Shown here: in pieces, positions 19,164 to 29,723 of the stretch
Numbering within the stretch: the stretch's first letter is position 1
Layout: each line of letters begins with the position of its first letter
Assembly: GCA_963840145.1 (NCBI GenBank)
Contig: CAWIXR010000002.1
Location: forward strand, 256,280 to 320,279
Direction: 5' to 3'
Source of the DNA: an uncultured Chloroflexia bacterium
GTDB taxonomy: Bacteria; Chloroflexota; Limnocylindria; QHBO01
Length of the DNA stretch: 64,000 bases
Notes under the pieces: model-generated
Seen by the model: only the letters and a program-made list of their open reading frames with translations
What the model was told of the DNA's origin: nothing
Databases searched by the model: none
Translations under genes and position numbers: made by a program

Positions 19164-20383
19164 AACGCGGTCGGCGCGTCTCGGCGGTCCTGGTCGCCGC
19201 GAGCGTCCTGGGGGTGGCGGGCTGCACGTCCGCCACTCCGCCGCCCAGCGCCATTGGCTCGAGCCCGACCGCATCGGCCTCGCCCAGTCCGCAACCGACC
19301 GCGACTTCGTCGCCGACCAGCACGCCCGGCCTCTCCGCCGAGATGGAGGTCGGCAGCCTGGAGCCGGAGCTGACCGACACGATCCTCGAGTTCGCCAGCG
19401 ATGGCGAGTCAGTGCTCTTCTCGTCCGGCTTCGCCGAAGATGCCGGTCGCGATGCCTCGCCCGACCTGTGGCGCTACCGCGCCTTCGCCGACGACCCGCC
19501 CGAAGTGATGTGGCGGAATCCCGAGCGCGATCACTCGATCGTGAGGATCGCCGGAGACCTCGGGATGGTGGCCTTCGCAGAGATCCCGACCGACGGCGAG
19601 CGGGCCTGGAACCTCTGGCTCATCCCGCGCCACGCCGACGAGGCGATCCTGCTGGACATGCATCCCGGCGACGAGGACGTGCCGGGCTTCGTGCCCAGCT
19701 TCAGCGTCCAGGAGGAGACGATCGTGTGGACGGCGTTCGACCGCGGGCCGGACGGTCCGGTCTCGCAGCTGCTGGTGGCCCGGGCGCCCGACTGGCAGCC
19801 GGCGGTCGTGCTCGAGCGCGCGGCCGCGGAGGCCGAGCTGTGGTTTCCGTCGCTGTACGGCAACCGCGTCGTCTTCTGCGAGGTCGTGTACGCGGCCGAT
19901 CGGACGAGCGATGACCGCACCGTGTTCCTGCTGGACCTCTCCGTGCCAGGCGTGGAGCTCGAGCAGCTGAGCCATTCGGACCTGGCCACGATGCCGATCC
20001 TCATCGAGGAGACCGTCTTCTGGAAGGAGGCCGAGCCCGGCTTCAGCATGTTCAACTGGGGCCTGCCCTGGCGGCACGAGATCGGCGGCCCCGGTCCGGT
20101 CCGGCTCGACGTCGCGCCGCTGGAGTTCGTCAACTACCCCTCGGCCGGAAGCCGGTTCGTGGCGTGGTGGTCGGCAGATGCGTTCACGTTCGCGGTCTAC
20201 GACCTGCTCGAGGACCGGATGCGGGTGATCGAGCAGTACACCGCGGCCTCTCAGGCCAACGTCCTGCGGCCGCACATCGCCTGGGACCTGCTCGTCTGGC
20301 TGTACGTCGAGGGGGAGGGCGGCGAGGACAGCTACGCCGAGCTGCGCTACGCCGTGATGCCGCCGGTTCGCGCTCCGCCCTAG
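19160..20383 (+). CDS. lipoprotein, unknown function
   Basis: GTG start overlapping the upstream stop (GTGA). Lipobox LGVAGC followed by an S/T/P-rich linker. 407 aa. Confidence 0.65.
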   Translation: MKRGRRVSAVLVAASVLGVAGCTSATPPPSAIGSSPTASASPSPQPTATSSPTSTPGLSAEMEVGSLEPELTDTILEFASDGESVLFSSGFAEDAGRDASPDLWRYRAFADDPPEVMWRNPERDHSIVRIAGDLGMVAFAEIPTDGERAWNLWLIPRHADEAILLDMHPGDEDVPGFVPSFSVQEETIVWTAFDRGPDGPVSQLLVARAPDWQPAVVLERAAAEAELWFPSLYGNRVVFCEVVYAADRTSDDRTVFLLDLSVPGVELEQLSHSDLATMPILIEETVFWKEAEPGFSMFNWGLPWRHEIGGPGPVRLDVAPLEFVNYPSAGSRFVAWWSADAFTFAVYDLLEDRMRVIEQYTAASQANVLRPHIAWDLLVWLYVEGEGGEDSYAELRYAVMPPVRAPP

Positions 20384-20414
20384 CCTCGCGCTCCGCGTTC
20401 GCCTCGCGCCCGCG

Positions 20415-21800
20415 CTAGGGACGCGTCATGCGCACGACGTCGAGCGCCTCGTCGAGCTCCGCCTCCGTCAGCCGGCCGTCCCGGACGTGCCCGCGCTCGA
20501 CGACCACCTCGCGGATCGAGCGTCGCTCGGCGAGCGCCTGCTTCGCGACGCTGGCCGCCTCCTCGTAGCCGAGGTATCGGTTCAGCGGCGTGACGATGGC
20601 CGGGGAGCCCTCGGCGTACTCGCGCATCCGCTCGACGTTGGCGGTGATCCCGCTGACACATCGGTCCGCCAGGAGCCGCGTGACCGAAGAGAGCAGGCGG
20701 ATGGACTCGAGCAGGTTGCGGCCGATCAGCGGCAGCATGACGTTGAGCTCGAAGTTGCCCGACGCGCCCGCCCAGGCGATCGCGGCGTCGTTGCCGACGA
20801 CCTGCGCACACACCATGAGCGTGGCCTCGGGGATCACCGGGTTCACCTTGCCCGGCATGATGCTGCTGCCCGGCTGGAGGTCGGGAAGGTTGATCTCGCC
20901 GAGGCCGGCGCGCGGTCCCGAGCCCATCCAGCGCAGGTCGTTGGCGATCTTCGTGAGGCTGACGGCGATCGTCCGCAGCTGCCCGGACAGCTCGACGAGC
21001 GCGTCGCGCGCGCCCTGCGCCTCGAAGTGATCGCGCGCCTCCGTCAGCGGCAGGCCCGTCGAGGCGGCCACCTCGGCGATCACCCGTCCGCCGAATCCGG
21101 CCGGCGCATTGATGCCGGTCCCGACCGCGGTCCCGCCGAGAGGCAGCTCGGCGACGCGCGGCAGCGTGGCGTTCAGGCGCTCCACGCCCATCCGCACCTG
21201 CGCGGCATAGCCGCCGAACTCCTGGCCGAGGGTCACCGGCGTCGCGTCCATCAGGTGGGTGCGGCCGGACTTGACGACCTCCGCGAACTCGCCGGCCTTG
21301 GCCTCCAGCGCATCGGCCAGGTGCCCGAGCGACGGCACCAGCTCCCGCAGCACGCCCGCCGTGGCGGCAACGTGGATCGACGCGGGGAAGAGGTCGTTCG
21401 ACGACATCGGGTGGTTGACGTCGTCGTTCGGGTGGACCGCTCGGCCGAGCCGCTCCCCGGCCAGGCTGGCGAGCACCTCGTTCATGTTCATGTTGCTGCT
21501 CGTGCCCGACCCGGTCTGGAAGACGTCGATCGGGAACTGCGCGTCGTGGTCGCCGCGCGCAACCTCGTCCGCGGCCGCGGCGATCGCATCGGCCACGTCG
21601 GCCTCCTGAAGGCCCTGCTCGCGCTTGACCGATGCGACCGCCGCCTTGATGCGGGCCAGCGCCTCGATCTGGGCGCGCTCGAGGCGCACGCCGGAGATCG
21701 GGAAGTTCTCGACCGCGCGCTGGGTCTGGGCTCCCCACCTGGCATCGGCCGGCACGCGCACCTCTCCCATCGAGTCGCGCTCGATGCGCTCCTCGCTCAT
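20415..21800 (-). CDS. fumC: fumarate hydratase, class II
   Basis: Lyase-1 family signature [11 protein letters not shown] (Gly at the position that is Ala in AspA). Colinear with FumC over 461 aa. Confidence 0.9.
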   Translation of the reverse strand: MSEERIERDSMGEVRVPADARWGAQTQRAVENFPISGVRLERAQIEALARIKAAVASVKREQGLQEADVADAIAAAADEVARGDHDAQFPIDVFQTGSGTSSNMNMNEVLASLAGERLGRAVHPNDDVNHPMSSNDLFPASIHVAATAGVLRELVPSLGHLADALEAKAGEFAEVVKSGRTHLMDATPVTLGQEFGGYAAQVRMGVERLNATLPRVAELPLGGTAVGTGINAPAGFGGRVIAEVAASTGLPLTEARDHFEAQGARDALVELSGQLRTIAVSLTKIANDLRWMGSGPRAGLGEINLPDLQPGSSIMPGKVNPVIPEATLMVCAQVVGNDAAIAWAGASGNFELNVMLPLIGRNLLESIRLLSSVTRLLADRCVSGITANVERMREYAEGSPAIVTPLNRYLGYEEAASVAKQALAERRSIREVVVERGHVRDGRLTEAELDEALDVVRMTRP

Positions 21801-22249
21801 CGGTTCAAGTCGTGGGCATCGGCGTCGGTGAATCGGAGGATCGGCGGGATGAGGTACGGCAGGTGGCCGTTCTCGAGGTCGTCCAGGATCCGTCTCGCCT
21901 CACCGATGAGCTCGTTGACGAAGACGCCCCGATGCGCCGGCTCGTACGGGCGCAGCTTGTCGATCCCCTCCTTCAGCTTGTTGCGTGCGCCGCGCATGTT
22001 CCGGCGCTGGAGGTGGAGCAGGCCCGCGGCGACCTGGATCAGGCCCTGGTAGAAATCGCGCTCCTCGTCGGGCGCGGCACGCCACATCGTTTCCCACGCC
22101 TCGTGCGCATGCCAGTAGCGAACTCCGTTGAAGAGGGCCACGGCGCGTCGGAAGAGGCGATCGGCCTCGGCCGGATCGAGCGGCTCGGTGCGGCCGGCGG
22201 GCTGGCGATCGGGCTCCGCTGGGGCTTGCGGGGCGGGCGTGTCGCTCAT
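21797..22249 (-). CDS. DUF309 domain protein
   Basis: ORF trimmed to Met20. DUF309 motif is [17 protein letters not shown]. Stop overlaps the fumC start. Confidence 0.7.
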   Translation of the reverse strand: MSDTPAPQAPAEPDRQPAGRTEPLDPAEADRLFRRAVALFNGVRYWHAHEAWETMWRAAPDEERDFYQGLIQVAAGLLHLQRRNMRGARNKLKEGIDKLRPYEPAHRGVFVNELIGEARRILDDLENGHLPYLIPPILRFTDADAHDLNR

Positions 22250-22280
22250 CGCGGCGATCGTAGCAGCACGGTTCCCTTCG

Positions 22281-23138
22281 TCATCGGTGACTGAAGACGG
22301 CCGCACCGGCGCTGGCCACGATCACCATCGCGATCGCAAGCAGATCGCGAGCACCGAGGTCCTGCCCGAGCACGACGAAGCCGGCCAGCGCGGCGACCGC
22401 GGGGTCGAGCGACATCAAGATGCCGAGAACGGCCTCCGGAAGCCGGCGCAGGGCCTCCAGCTCGAGCGAGTACGGCACCACCGAGGAGGCGAGCGCCACG
22501 ACGAGCGCCGAGGCCAGCAGGTCGGGCTCGAGGAGCGCGCCGTTCGCCTGGATCACGCCCGCCGGGAGCACGATCAGCGCGCCGACGACCATCGCCAGCG
22601 CGAGCCCAGAGCCGCCCGGGAACGCCGCCCCGACGCGCTTGCTCAGGTAGATGTAGGCCGCCCAGCACGCCGCGGCGACGAGCGCGAAGCCGATGCCGAC
22701 CGGATCCACCGGTCCGCCGCCGGGACCGACGAGCAGGACGATGCCGGCCGCGGCAAGCGCGATCCACACCCCGTCGAGCGGCCGCCTCGAGCCGATCACC
22801 GCCACGAGCAACGGACCGGCGAACGTGATCGTCACCGCAACCCCGAGCGGGATCCGGTCGATCGCCTCGTAGGTCGACCAGTTCATCAGCCCGAGCGCGA
22901 CGCCGAACGCCCCCGCCAGCCGCAGGTCGCCGGTCAGCCGAGGGCGCCAGATCGCCCACAGCACGATCGCCGCGAACGCCAGCCGCAGGAACGCCGCACC
23001 AGCCGGACTCAGCTCGTCGAACAGCGTCACGGCGAACGCCGCACCGACCTGCGGCGACACCGTCGCGGCGAGCACCAGGCCCACGGCGAGCGCGCGCTCC
23101 CGGCCAGCTGGGGCCCGCCCGCCCACGTCCCGGTTCAT
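22281..23138 (-). CDS. EamA/DMT family transporter
   Basis: Ten predicted TM helices in two EamA repeats. 285 aa. Confidence 0.8.
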   Translation of the reverse strand: MNRDVGGRAPAGRERALAVGLVLAATVSPQVGAAFAVTLFDELSPAGAAFLRLAFAAIVLWAIWRPRLTGDLRLAGAFGVALGLMNWSTYEAIDRIPLGVAVTITFAGPLLVAVIGSRRPLDGVWIALAAAGIVLLVGPGGGPVDPVGIGFALVAAACWAAYIYLSKRVGAAFPGGSGLALAMVVGALIVLPAGVIQANGALLEPDLLASALVVALASSVVPYSLELEALRRLPEAVLGILMSLDPAVAALAGFVVLGQDLGARDLLAIAMVIVASAGAAVFSHR

Positions 23139-23181
23139 CCGGGGAACCCTACATCGGGCGACGATCGGCGACCCTGCCGCG

Positions 23182-23622
23182 CTAGAGCTCGCCGGCCTCC
23201 ATCATCCGCTTGAGGTTGACGAGCCCCCGGTCCCACCGGCCGCCGTACCAGCGCCCGACGAGTGCACCGACCGGACGCATCAGCCCGCCCATGAGGATCG
23301 AGGTCTCGACGTCCACGCGCGCTCCGCCCTCGATCGGCGCGAACCTGAGGGTTGCCTCGAACGGCGCACTCCGCGACGTGCCCTTCATCGCCGCGAGCCG
23401 TGGCGGGTCGTACGCGGTCACGACCGCATCGTTCTCGGCGGCGCGGCCCATCATCCTGACCGTGGCCCGGCGCGTCGACCCGATGCCGTGGGGCGGGGGC
23501 GACGTCCATCGTTCCTCGACGTCCAGTGGGAACCAGCGCCCCAGCTTCGTCACGTCGGTGAGGACGGCGAAGACGTCTTCCACCGGACGCGAGATCTCGA
23601 TCGAGTGACGAGTGGTCGCCAT
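23182..23622 (-). CDS. SRPBCC (polyketide cyclase/dehydrase-like) family protein
   Basis: 146 aa. N-terminal IEISRPVEDVFAVLTDVTKLGRWFP is typical of Polyketide_cyc2. Confidence 0.7.
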   Translation of the reverse strand: MATTRHSIEISRPVEDVFAVLTDVTKLGRWFPLDVEERWTSPPPHGIGSTRRATVRMMGRAAENDAVVTAYDPPRLAAMKGTSRSAPFEATLRFAPIEGGARVDVETSILMGGLMRPVGALVGRWYGGRWDRGLVNLKRMMEAGEL

Positions 23623-23658
23623 GAACCCCTCAACGTTGCCGACCGGTCCGGATCGGTC

Positions 23659-25104
23659 CTAATCGACGATCTTCGCCATCACGTGCTTGATGATCGTGTA
23701 GTCCTCGATGCTGTACGAGCTCATGTCCTTGCCGTAGCCGGACTGGCCGAAGCCGCCGTGCGGCATCTCGGACACGATCGTGAGGTGGTCGTTGATCCAC
23801 ACCGTGCCGTAGCGCAGGGCCTTCGCCGCGCGCAGCGCGCGCTTCACGTCCTTCGTCCAGACCGATGCCGCCAGCCCGTACGGGACACCGTTGGCCCAGC
23901 GAATCCCCTCCTCCTCGTCACCGAAGCGCTGGACCGTCACGACCGGCCCGAACACCTCGGACTGGACGATCTCGGCGTCCTGCTCCACGCCGGTTACCAG
24001 CGACGGCCGATAGAAGAAGCCGCGATCGCCGAACGTCTCGCCGCCGGCGGCGATCTCGGCGCCGTAGCCGCGGGCGCGATCGACGAAACCGGAAACGCGC
24101 TCTTGCTGCGCCCTGCTGACCATCGGTCCCATGTCGAGCTCGGGGTCCGAGGCGGGATCGCCGACCTTGATCGACTCGACGGCGGGAACGAGCGCCTCCA
24201 GGGCGCGGTCGTAGCCGTCGCCCATGACGATGATCCGCGTGGCGGCGGTGCAGTCCTGGCCGGAGTTGAAGTAGCCCGCCAGCTTGATCGTCTCGGCCAG
24301 GGCGTCCATATCGGCGTCGTCGAAGACGAGGACCGGTGCCTTGCCGCCGAGCTCGAGGTGTACGCGCTTGACCGTCTGCGCCGCGGCGGCGGCGATCTCC
24401 TTGCCTGTGGCGGTGTCGCCGGTAAGGCTGACCATGTCGACGTCCGGATGACGGATGAGCCGATCGCCCACGACGGCGCCCGGGCCGGTCACGACGTTGA
24501 GGACGCCCTTCGGGAAGATCTCGGCCGCCAGCTCGCCGATGCGAAGCGCGGACAGCGGGGTCATCGACGACGGCTTCAGGACGACCGTGCAGCCGGCGGC
24601 GAGGGCCGGGCACAGCTTCCAGATCGCCATCATCAGCGGGTAGTTCCAGGGCGCTACCTGCCCGACGACGCCGGCCGGCTCGCGGCGGAGCATGCTCGTG
24701 TGGGTGTTCACGTACTCGCCGGCGGCCTTACCCTCGACCACCCGCGCGGCGCCGGCGAAGAAGCGGACGTTGTCGACGGTGAACTCGACGTCGAAATCGG
24801 CCACGCCCTTCGGCTTGCCGACGTTCGCCTGCTCGAGGCTCGACAGCGTCTCGGCGTCGCCCTCGATCGCATCGGCAAAGGCATGGAGCGCCTTTGACCG
24901 ATCCTGCGGCGTCGACTGCGACCAGACCTCGAAGGCGGTGCGGGCGGCGGCCACGGCGCGGTCGACGTCGGAGGCGTCGCCCTTCGGGACCCGGGCGATC
25001 TCCTCCTCGGTTGCGGGATTGATCACCGGGGCCGTCTCGCCGGAGGCGGCATCGGCCCAGTCGCCGTCGATGAACATCTGCAGGCGGGTCGCGGTGAGCG
25101 TCAT
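23659..25104 (-). CDS. aldehyde dehydrogenase (aminobutyraldehyde/betaine-aldehyde DH-like)
   Basis: ORF trimmed to Met20 ([16 protein letters not shown]). ALDH motifs: [24 protein letters not shown] catalytic Cys, EVFGPV. Confidence 0.85.
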   Translation of the reverse strand: MTLTATRLQMFIDGDWADAASGETAPVINPATEEEIARVPKGDASDVDRAVAAARTAFEVWSQSTPQDRSKALHAFADAIEGDAETLSSLEQANVGKPKGVADFDVEFTVDNVRFFAGAARVVEGKAAGEYVNTHTSMLRREPAGVVGQVAPWNYPLMMAIWKLCPALAAGCTVVLKPSSMTPLSALRIGELAAEIFPKGVLNVVTGPGAVVGDRLIRHPDVDMVSLTGDTATGKEIAAAAAQTVKRVHLELGGKAPVLVFDDADMDALAETIKLAGYFNSGQDCTAATRIIVMGDGYDRALEALVPAVESIKVGDPASDPELDMGPMVSRAQQERVSGFVDRARGYGAEIAAGGETFGDRGFFYRPSLVTGVEQDAEIVQSEVFGPVVTVQRFGDEEEGIRWANGVPYGLAASVWTKDVKRALRAAKALRYGTVWINDHLTIVSEMPHGGFGQSGYGKDMSSYSIEDYTIIKHVMAKIVD

Positions 25105-25260
25105 CGTTCGTCGGTTCCTCGGCGCTTCATGTGATGCGTGGCCGCGGCCGGTCCGCGCCACCGATCTCGCCGATTCTACCCGCGATCGCCCCGGATTCCA
25201 CCAACCTCGATTCTGTGGAAATCTCGGTTCGGCTTGCCTGGACTCGGCTGCCTGAAGGAC

Positions 25261-25824
25261 TCAGTCGCGGACGGGGCGGAATCCCCCATCGGCCGCGCGG
25301 GCCGCGACGAACAGCAGGTCCGCCAGCCGGTTGAGGTATGCCAGCACCTGCGAGTCCGGCAGCTCGCCGGCCTCCGAGAGCGCGACCGCCCGACGCTCGG
25401 CGCGGCGCACCGTCGTGCGCGCCAGGTCGAGCGCGGCGCCGGTCATCGACTCCCCGGGCACGACGAACTCGGTCGGCTGCTCGACGAGCTCCTCGAGCGC
25501 GTCGATCTCACCCTCGAGCGCGGTGACCATCTCGGCGGTCACGCGCGAGACGCCATCGGTCAGGCGGTTGCGGCGGTCGGCGTGCGTCGCCAGCTCGGCG
25601 CCGACGACGAACAGCTCGCGCTGGAGCCGGAGGATGAGCTCGGCCAGGCGCGCTTCGGTCCGGTCGGTGGCGGAGCCGATCGACGCCCGCGCCAGGCCCA
25701 GCGCGGAGACGGCCTCGTCGGTGGTGCCGTAGGCATCGGTCCGCAGGTCGGCCTTGCTGATCCGGTCGCCGCCGAACAGCAGCCCTGTCGTCCCGGTGTC
25801 GCCCTTGCGGGTGTAAATACGCAT
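25261..25824 (-). CDS. ATP:cob(I)alamin adenosyltransferase, PduO/MMAB type
   Basis: Trimmed to MRIYTRKGDTGTTGLLFGG. Canonical PduO-type N-terminus (IYTRxGDxGxT). 187 aa. Confidence 0.8.
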   Translation of the reverse strand: MRIYTRKGDTGTTGLLFGGDRISKADLRTDAYGTTDEAVSALGLARASIGSATDRTEARLAELILRLQRELFVVGAELATHADRRNRLTDGVSRVTAEMVTALEGEIDALEELVEQPTEFVVPGESMTGAALDLARTTVRRAERRAVALSEAGELPDSQVLAYLNRLADLLFVAARAADGGFRPVRD

Positions 25825-25866
25825 GGCCGCCATCGTAGCCGGGCAAGCGTCTGGCAGACTCCGTGC

Positions 25867-26304
25867 ATGAAGAAGGCCGTGGCCGATCAACGCAAGCGCG
25901 CACTCGTCGTCAACGATACGCAAGAGATCCTCGAGCTGTTCGACGAGATCCTCGACGGGATGGGGTTCGAGGTGGTGTTGATGAGCTATGCCCCACGCGA
26001 GCTCCAGCGCATCCGCGAAGTGGAGCCGGACATCATCATCCTCGACTTCCTCATGGGGGATCGCGAGCTGCTCGGCTGGCAGCTCCTACAGAAGCTGAAG
26101 ATGGATCGCGGCTTGGCAACGATCCCAATCGTCGTCTGCACGGCCGCTGTCAAGGCCGTGCACGAACAGCAGGGATACCTCACTGAGCAGGGCGTGATGA
26201 TCGTGCTCAAGCCGTTCGTCGTCGACCAGCTAGAGGAAGCCGTCCGGGCATCGATGGAGCAGCCGCCGACGGCCCGCCGGATCCAGCAGAAGGTGACCGC
26301 CTAG
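25867..26304 (+). CDS. single-domain response regulator (CheY-like receiver)
   Basis: In-frame ATG of ORF 25138..26304. Receiver motifs: LVVNDTQ, IILDFLM phospho-Asp, VLKP. No output domain. Confidence 0.75.
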   Translation: MKKAVADQRKRALVVNDTQEILELFDEILDGMGFEVVLMSYAPRELQRIREVEPDIIILDFLMGDRELLGWQLLQKLKMDRGLATIPIVVCTAAVKAVHEQQGYLTEQGVMIVLKPFVVDQLEEAVRASMEQPPTARRIQQKVTA

Positions 26305-26591
26305 AAGAGGCCGGGTGGGGGCTCCCAGCGCTCGGCGAGGAGGGTCACCTTGACCGGCGGCCCGACGACCTCCTCCGTCTTGGTCTTCACGGTCTGGATC
26401 AGCTCGCCGGCCCACGGGCAGAACGGCGTGGTGAGCACCATCTTGATCTCGGTCGGGGCGCCATCGGTGCCGAGCTCCACGGCCTTGATCAGGTCGAGGT
26501 CGACGATGCTCATCCCGATCTCAGGATCGTGGATGTCGTAGAGCGCGGTCATGACCTCGTCCACCTTGGCGAGATCGGAATCAATTGCCAT
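26301..26591 (-). CDS. metal-sulfur cluster assembly factor (DUF59/MIP18/SufT family)
   Basis: 96 aa. ALYDIHDPEIGMSIVDLDLI...TTPFCPW is the DUF59 signature with its conserved Cys. Confidence 0.75.
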   Translation of the reverse strand: MAIDSDLAKVDEVMTALYDIHDPEIGMSIVDLDLIKAVELGTDGAPTEIKMVLTTPFCPWAGELIQTVKTKTEEVVGPPVKVTLLAERWEPPPGLF

Positions 26592-26782
26592 CGCAACCAG
26601 TGTACCCCTCCTGCGCGGGAGAGTGCCCGAGGGCCAACCGTTACACGCTCCTCACGGCGTCGAATCTCCCTCACGCCAAGCGCGGTGATTGCCCGTATCC
26701 CGCCGCGGTACTCCTCTCAGGGCGGCGCGTCGGGAACAAAGACTCGACGCTGCCGTACGCGCCGCCCACTGCCAGCGAGTGC

Positions 26783-28690
26783 CTACTTGAAACGGAACTC
26801 GGCGTAGTGGAAGGTGCCGTCGGTGAGCTTGAGGACGAAGGTGCGACAGGTCTGCTTCCAGGCTGGGCTCGTACTCCACCAATAGGTGTAGACGCCCTTC
26901 TTGGCGTCGTAGGTCAGGACCTTGGGGCCGGCCAGCGTCGGATCGGTCGCGTCGGCCGAACCCGCGGACCCGCAGGCATGGCTTGCGGAGGCAGGGTAGC
27001 CCGCGGCGATGACGCCCAGGCCCTGGTCGCCTCCGAGGCTGAACTGCATCTTGACCATGTTGCCGGCCTTCACCTGGTTGATGCCTGGCGGGTTGCTCAA
27101 GCCGCCGAGGAAGCCGCTGAAGTCGTAGCCCAGCCGCTGGCCCACGTTCCAGGTGCTGGCCGATGCGGTCAGGATGGTGATCTCGGCGGTGCCGGCGCCG
27201 CTGGCGATGCACGGACTGGGCGTGGCCGTGCCGGTCGGGCTGCAGGAGCTCGTGATTGGCACCCCGTTGCGGAAGATGGTGGCGGGCACCAACGAGGGAT
27301 CATCGACATGGAAAACGAGTGTCAGCGGGTTGTCCACCGTGGTCGCTGCGGTCGAGACGATCTCGAGTTGCTGGCCAACGAACTCGTAGCCCGCGGGTGC
27401 GGGGTCGAGGTCCGCCTCCGTGATCGTGACCGATCCGCCCCCGGCCCCTGCAGGCACGATCACGTCCGTCGTCACCGGCCCAGCCTCAGGCTGGGTCGTA
27501 ACCGTGCCGCCGGATTCGGGGATCGCTGCGACGGTGACCGGATCGGAGGACGTCGAACCGCACGCGTTGCTTGCCGACACCGTCACCGTGTACGTGACGC
27601 CGGGGGTGAGCACGCCGATGCTTTTCGTCCTCTCGGTGCTGCCGACCTCCCCGAGGGTCGCTCCTTGCTCGCCGTGGGCGACGTTGATCCCATAGCCCGT
27701 GATGGCGCGGCCGCCGTCATCTGCGGGGGCCACCCAGCTCACGGTCGCCTCCCCGTCTGTTGCAATCGCGACGGCCACGTTGGTTGGCGCTCCAGGCGGT
27801 CCTCCCTGGAACGTGCGAGTGACCTCGAACGAGGCCGGAATGTCCGCCGCGGATAGATAGCTCTCGTTGCCGACAACGTCGGTGAGCACGGCGTCGTTGG
27901 CCGTCCAGATGCCGAGCTCGGCGTCCATGTCGAGGAACACCTGTACGAGATAGTGGTCGGCGCCCTGGGGATCGAAACCCAGCTGCCACGTGTTTCCGCT
28001 CGGACTCATGAAGGTAATCGGCGAGCCCGGGTAGAAGCCGGCGAGGTCATCGGTGATGACCGCATCGAACTCAACCTTGCGATTCGCGGGATCGCAGTCG
28101 CCCACGTCCACGGATTGGTACGTCGGGGAAATGGAGACCAGCGTGGGCGCCGTGACGTCATCGGTGCCGTCGACCGTGACACCGCCGGGAAATCCGAGGC
28201 CGACCAGCGCTGCCGCATCCAGGTAGAACGAGTTGTAGTCCGGGTCCTGCGCACTGACGGCGACTGTCCACTCGCCCGTCGCCGCATACGGCGGGAAGGT
28301 GACATCCACCGTGAAATCGTCGGGGTTGTCCGTGGTGGCGGTGTTTCGCTCGAAGAAGCCGACCGCGTAGGCACTGCCGCGGGGTGCCCAGAAGCTGATC
28401 GTCGGACCCTCTTGGATCACTTCGCCGGACTCGGGGTCCCTCATGAGGTCCACGACGCCACTTTCGTCTGTGATCGTCGCCGTGACCGTAATCGTGACCG
28501 GGCTGGCGCCGTTGACGATCGCGGCCGGCGTGAACGCCAGTGCCTCCAGAGTCGGTGGGCTTCCGTCGTCGGCAAGCGCCGTCCCAGGAAGGCTTGCCAT
28601 GCATAGAACAGCGATCAGGGCGATTGCCAGGCGCACGGATCTGGAAGGGAGAGGAGTCAACGGGGACCTCTGGGATGTGGACCAGCTCAT
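26783..28690 (-). CDS. large secreted protein with fibronectin type III-like domain(s)
   Basis: Signal peptide RLAIALIAVLCMASLPGTALA. Fn3-like segment PGAPTNVAVAIATDGEATVSWVAPADDGGRAITGYGINV. T/S/G-rich beta repeats. 635 aa. Confidence 0.7.
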   Translation of the reverse strand: MSWSTSQRSPLTPLPSRSVRLAIALIAVLCMASLPGTALADDGSPPTLEALAFTPAAIVNGASPVTITVTATITDESGVVDLMRDPESGEVIQEGPTISFWAPRGSAYAVGFFERNTATTDNPDDFTVDVTFPPYAATGEWTVAVSAQDPDYNSFYLDAAALVGLGFPGGVTVDGTDDVTAPTLVSISPTYQSVDVGDCDPANRKVEFDAVITDDLAGFYPGSPITFMSPSGNTWQLGFDPQGADHYLVQVFLDMDAELGIWTANDAVLTDVVGNESYLSAADIPASFEVTRTFQGGPPGAPTNVAVAIATDGEATVSWVAPADDGGRAITGYGINVAHGEQGATLGEVGSTERTKSIGVLTPGVTYTVTVSASNACGSTSSDPVTVAAIPESGGTVTTQPEAGPVTTDVIVPAGAGGGSVTITEADLDPAPAGYEFVGQQLEIVSTAATTVDNPLTLVFHVDDPSLVPATIFRNGVPITSSCSPTGTATPSPCIASGAGTAEITILTASASTWNVGQRLGYDFSGFLGGLSNPPGINQVKAGNMVKMQFSLGGDQGLGVIAAGYPASASHACGSAGSADATDPTLAGPKVLTYDAKKGVYTYWWSTSPAWKQTCRTFVLKLTDGTFHYAEFRFK

Positions 28691-29259
28691 GTATTACCTC
28701 GTCGGGTCAGCACAGCGCCGAGCGCGAGGCTGGACGCCAGTCCAGCACGCAATAGGGTCTGTCGCACGGGTGAGCTCTCCCAAAAAGGACGGCCGATCTG
28801 CGATCGCACTGGTTTGCGCGATGCGGGAGACCCACCGGGCACGAGCCCGAGTCTGGTCTCGAATCACTCCCGGCGCATCAGTGCCAGTACTGAGTGGGGT
28901 ACGGAACGGCGGCCGGGTGGCCGGCATGGCCGAAACGGAGCCGCCCGTCCCGAGCGGGCTGGACGACGCCTCGTTAGGCGGCCGACCGGATTCCACTGGG
29001 CCAGATCGACGACGGAGTTGTCGCGCGACGTATGCGGCATTTGCGGTTACGGTCCGTCTGAAGAGCGGGGCCAACGGGCGTCCGCCAGGATGACCGTCTT
29101 CGCATACCAGTCGCATCCTGCGTCTCGGTCGTCGAGGCGTGCAAGGTGGATCTCTGTCTCCAACTTCTTCTTCGAACTGACTGCGAGCACGGGGCAGGCG
29201 GCACGTCCCGCGCGCCCGTGTCGGTCTGCAACGTCGCAGATTGCACCAATCAACGACCT

Positions 29260-29622
29260 CTATTCCGAACTCGCGTTCAGCCGGACACGGGCGAGGTCGA
29301 CGGCCATCGTCAGGTCCGTCATCCGCACGTACTCGTCGCTGGGTTCAGCCGCATAAGATTCAGGACCGGCAAGCCAGTCCCACAGACTTGGATCGACCTC
29401 ATCCAAGGAATGCGCGAGGTCGAGCAGCTCTTCTGGCGATGCTTCCGAGACGCGTTGCTCCCGCTCGTAGTCGTCGGGTAGTCCCCACTTCTCCGCAAGA
29501 GCGAGCAGCCGGTCACTACGAACGGCAGCAGGCATACGCCCTTCACTGCTCATCAGAGACCTCCAGCAATCATTGATTCTCTCCCGAACGATCCATCGCC
29601 GTGTGTACGGGAGATCGTCCAC
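29260..29622 (-). CDS. hypothetical protein (acidic, 120 aa) in lower-GC gap
   Basis: The only sizeable ORF in the 28.7-29.7 kb gap. Local GC is lower, about 60%. No recognised domain. Confidence 0.35.
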   Translation of the reverse strand: MDDLPYTRRWIVRERINDCWRSLMSSEGRMPAAVRSDRLLALAEKWGLPDDYEREQRVSEASPEELLDLAHSLDEVDPSLWDWLAGPESYAAEPSDEYVRMTDLTMAVDLARVRLNASSE

Positions 29623-29723
29623 CCGTTCGCTTCCCGCCGCGGAACTCGTTCGTCGACGCTCGTGAAGGTCCTGACGTGCTTGCCTGACCTCGCGCGAAGG
29701 GCGTGCGACCGCGCGAATTCTCC

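Noticed and set aside
20380-22052. 452-aa (-) and 521-aa (+) ORFs overlapping fumC
   Set aside because: Alternate frames of fumC with R/G/A/P low complexity.
28840-28890. tRNA-like T-arm fragment (ggtctcgaatcactcc) as a possible att site of an integrated element
   Set aside because: It could not be folded into a cloverleaf. No acceptor stem, anticodon arm or adjacent integrase was found.
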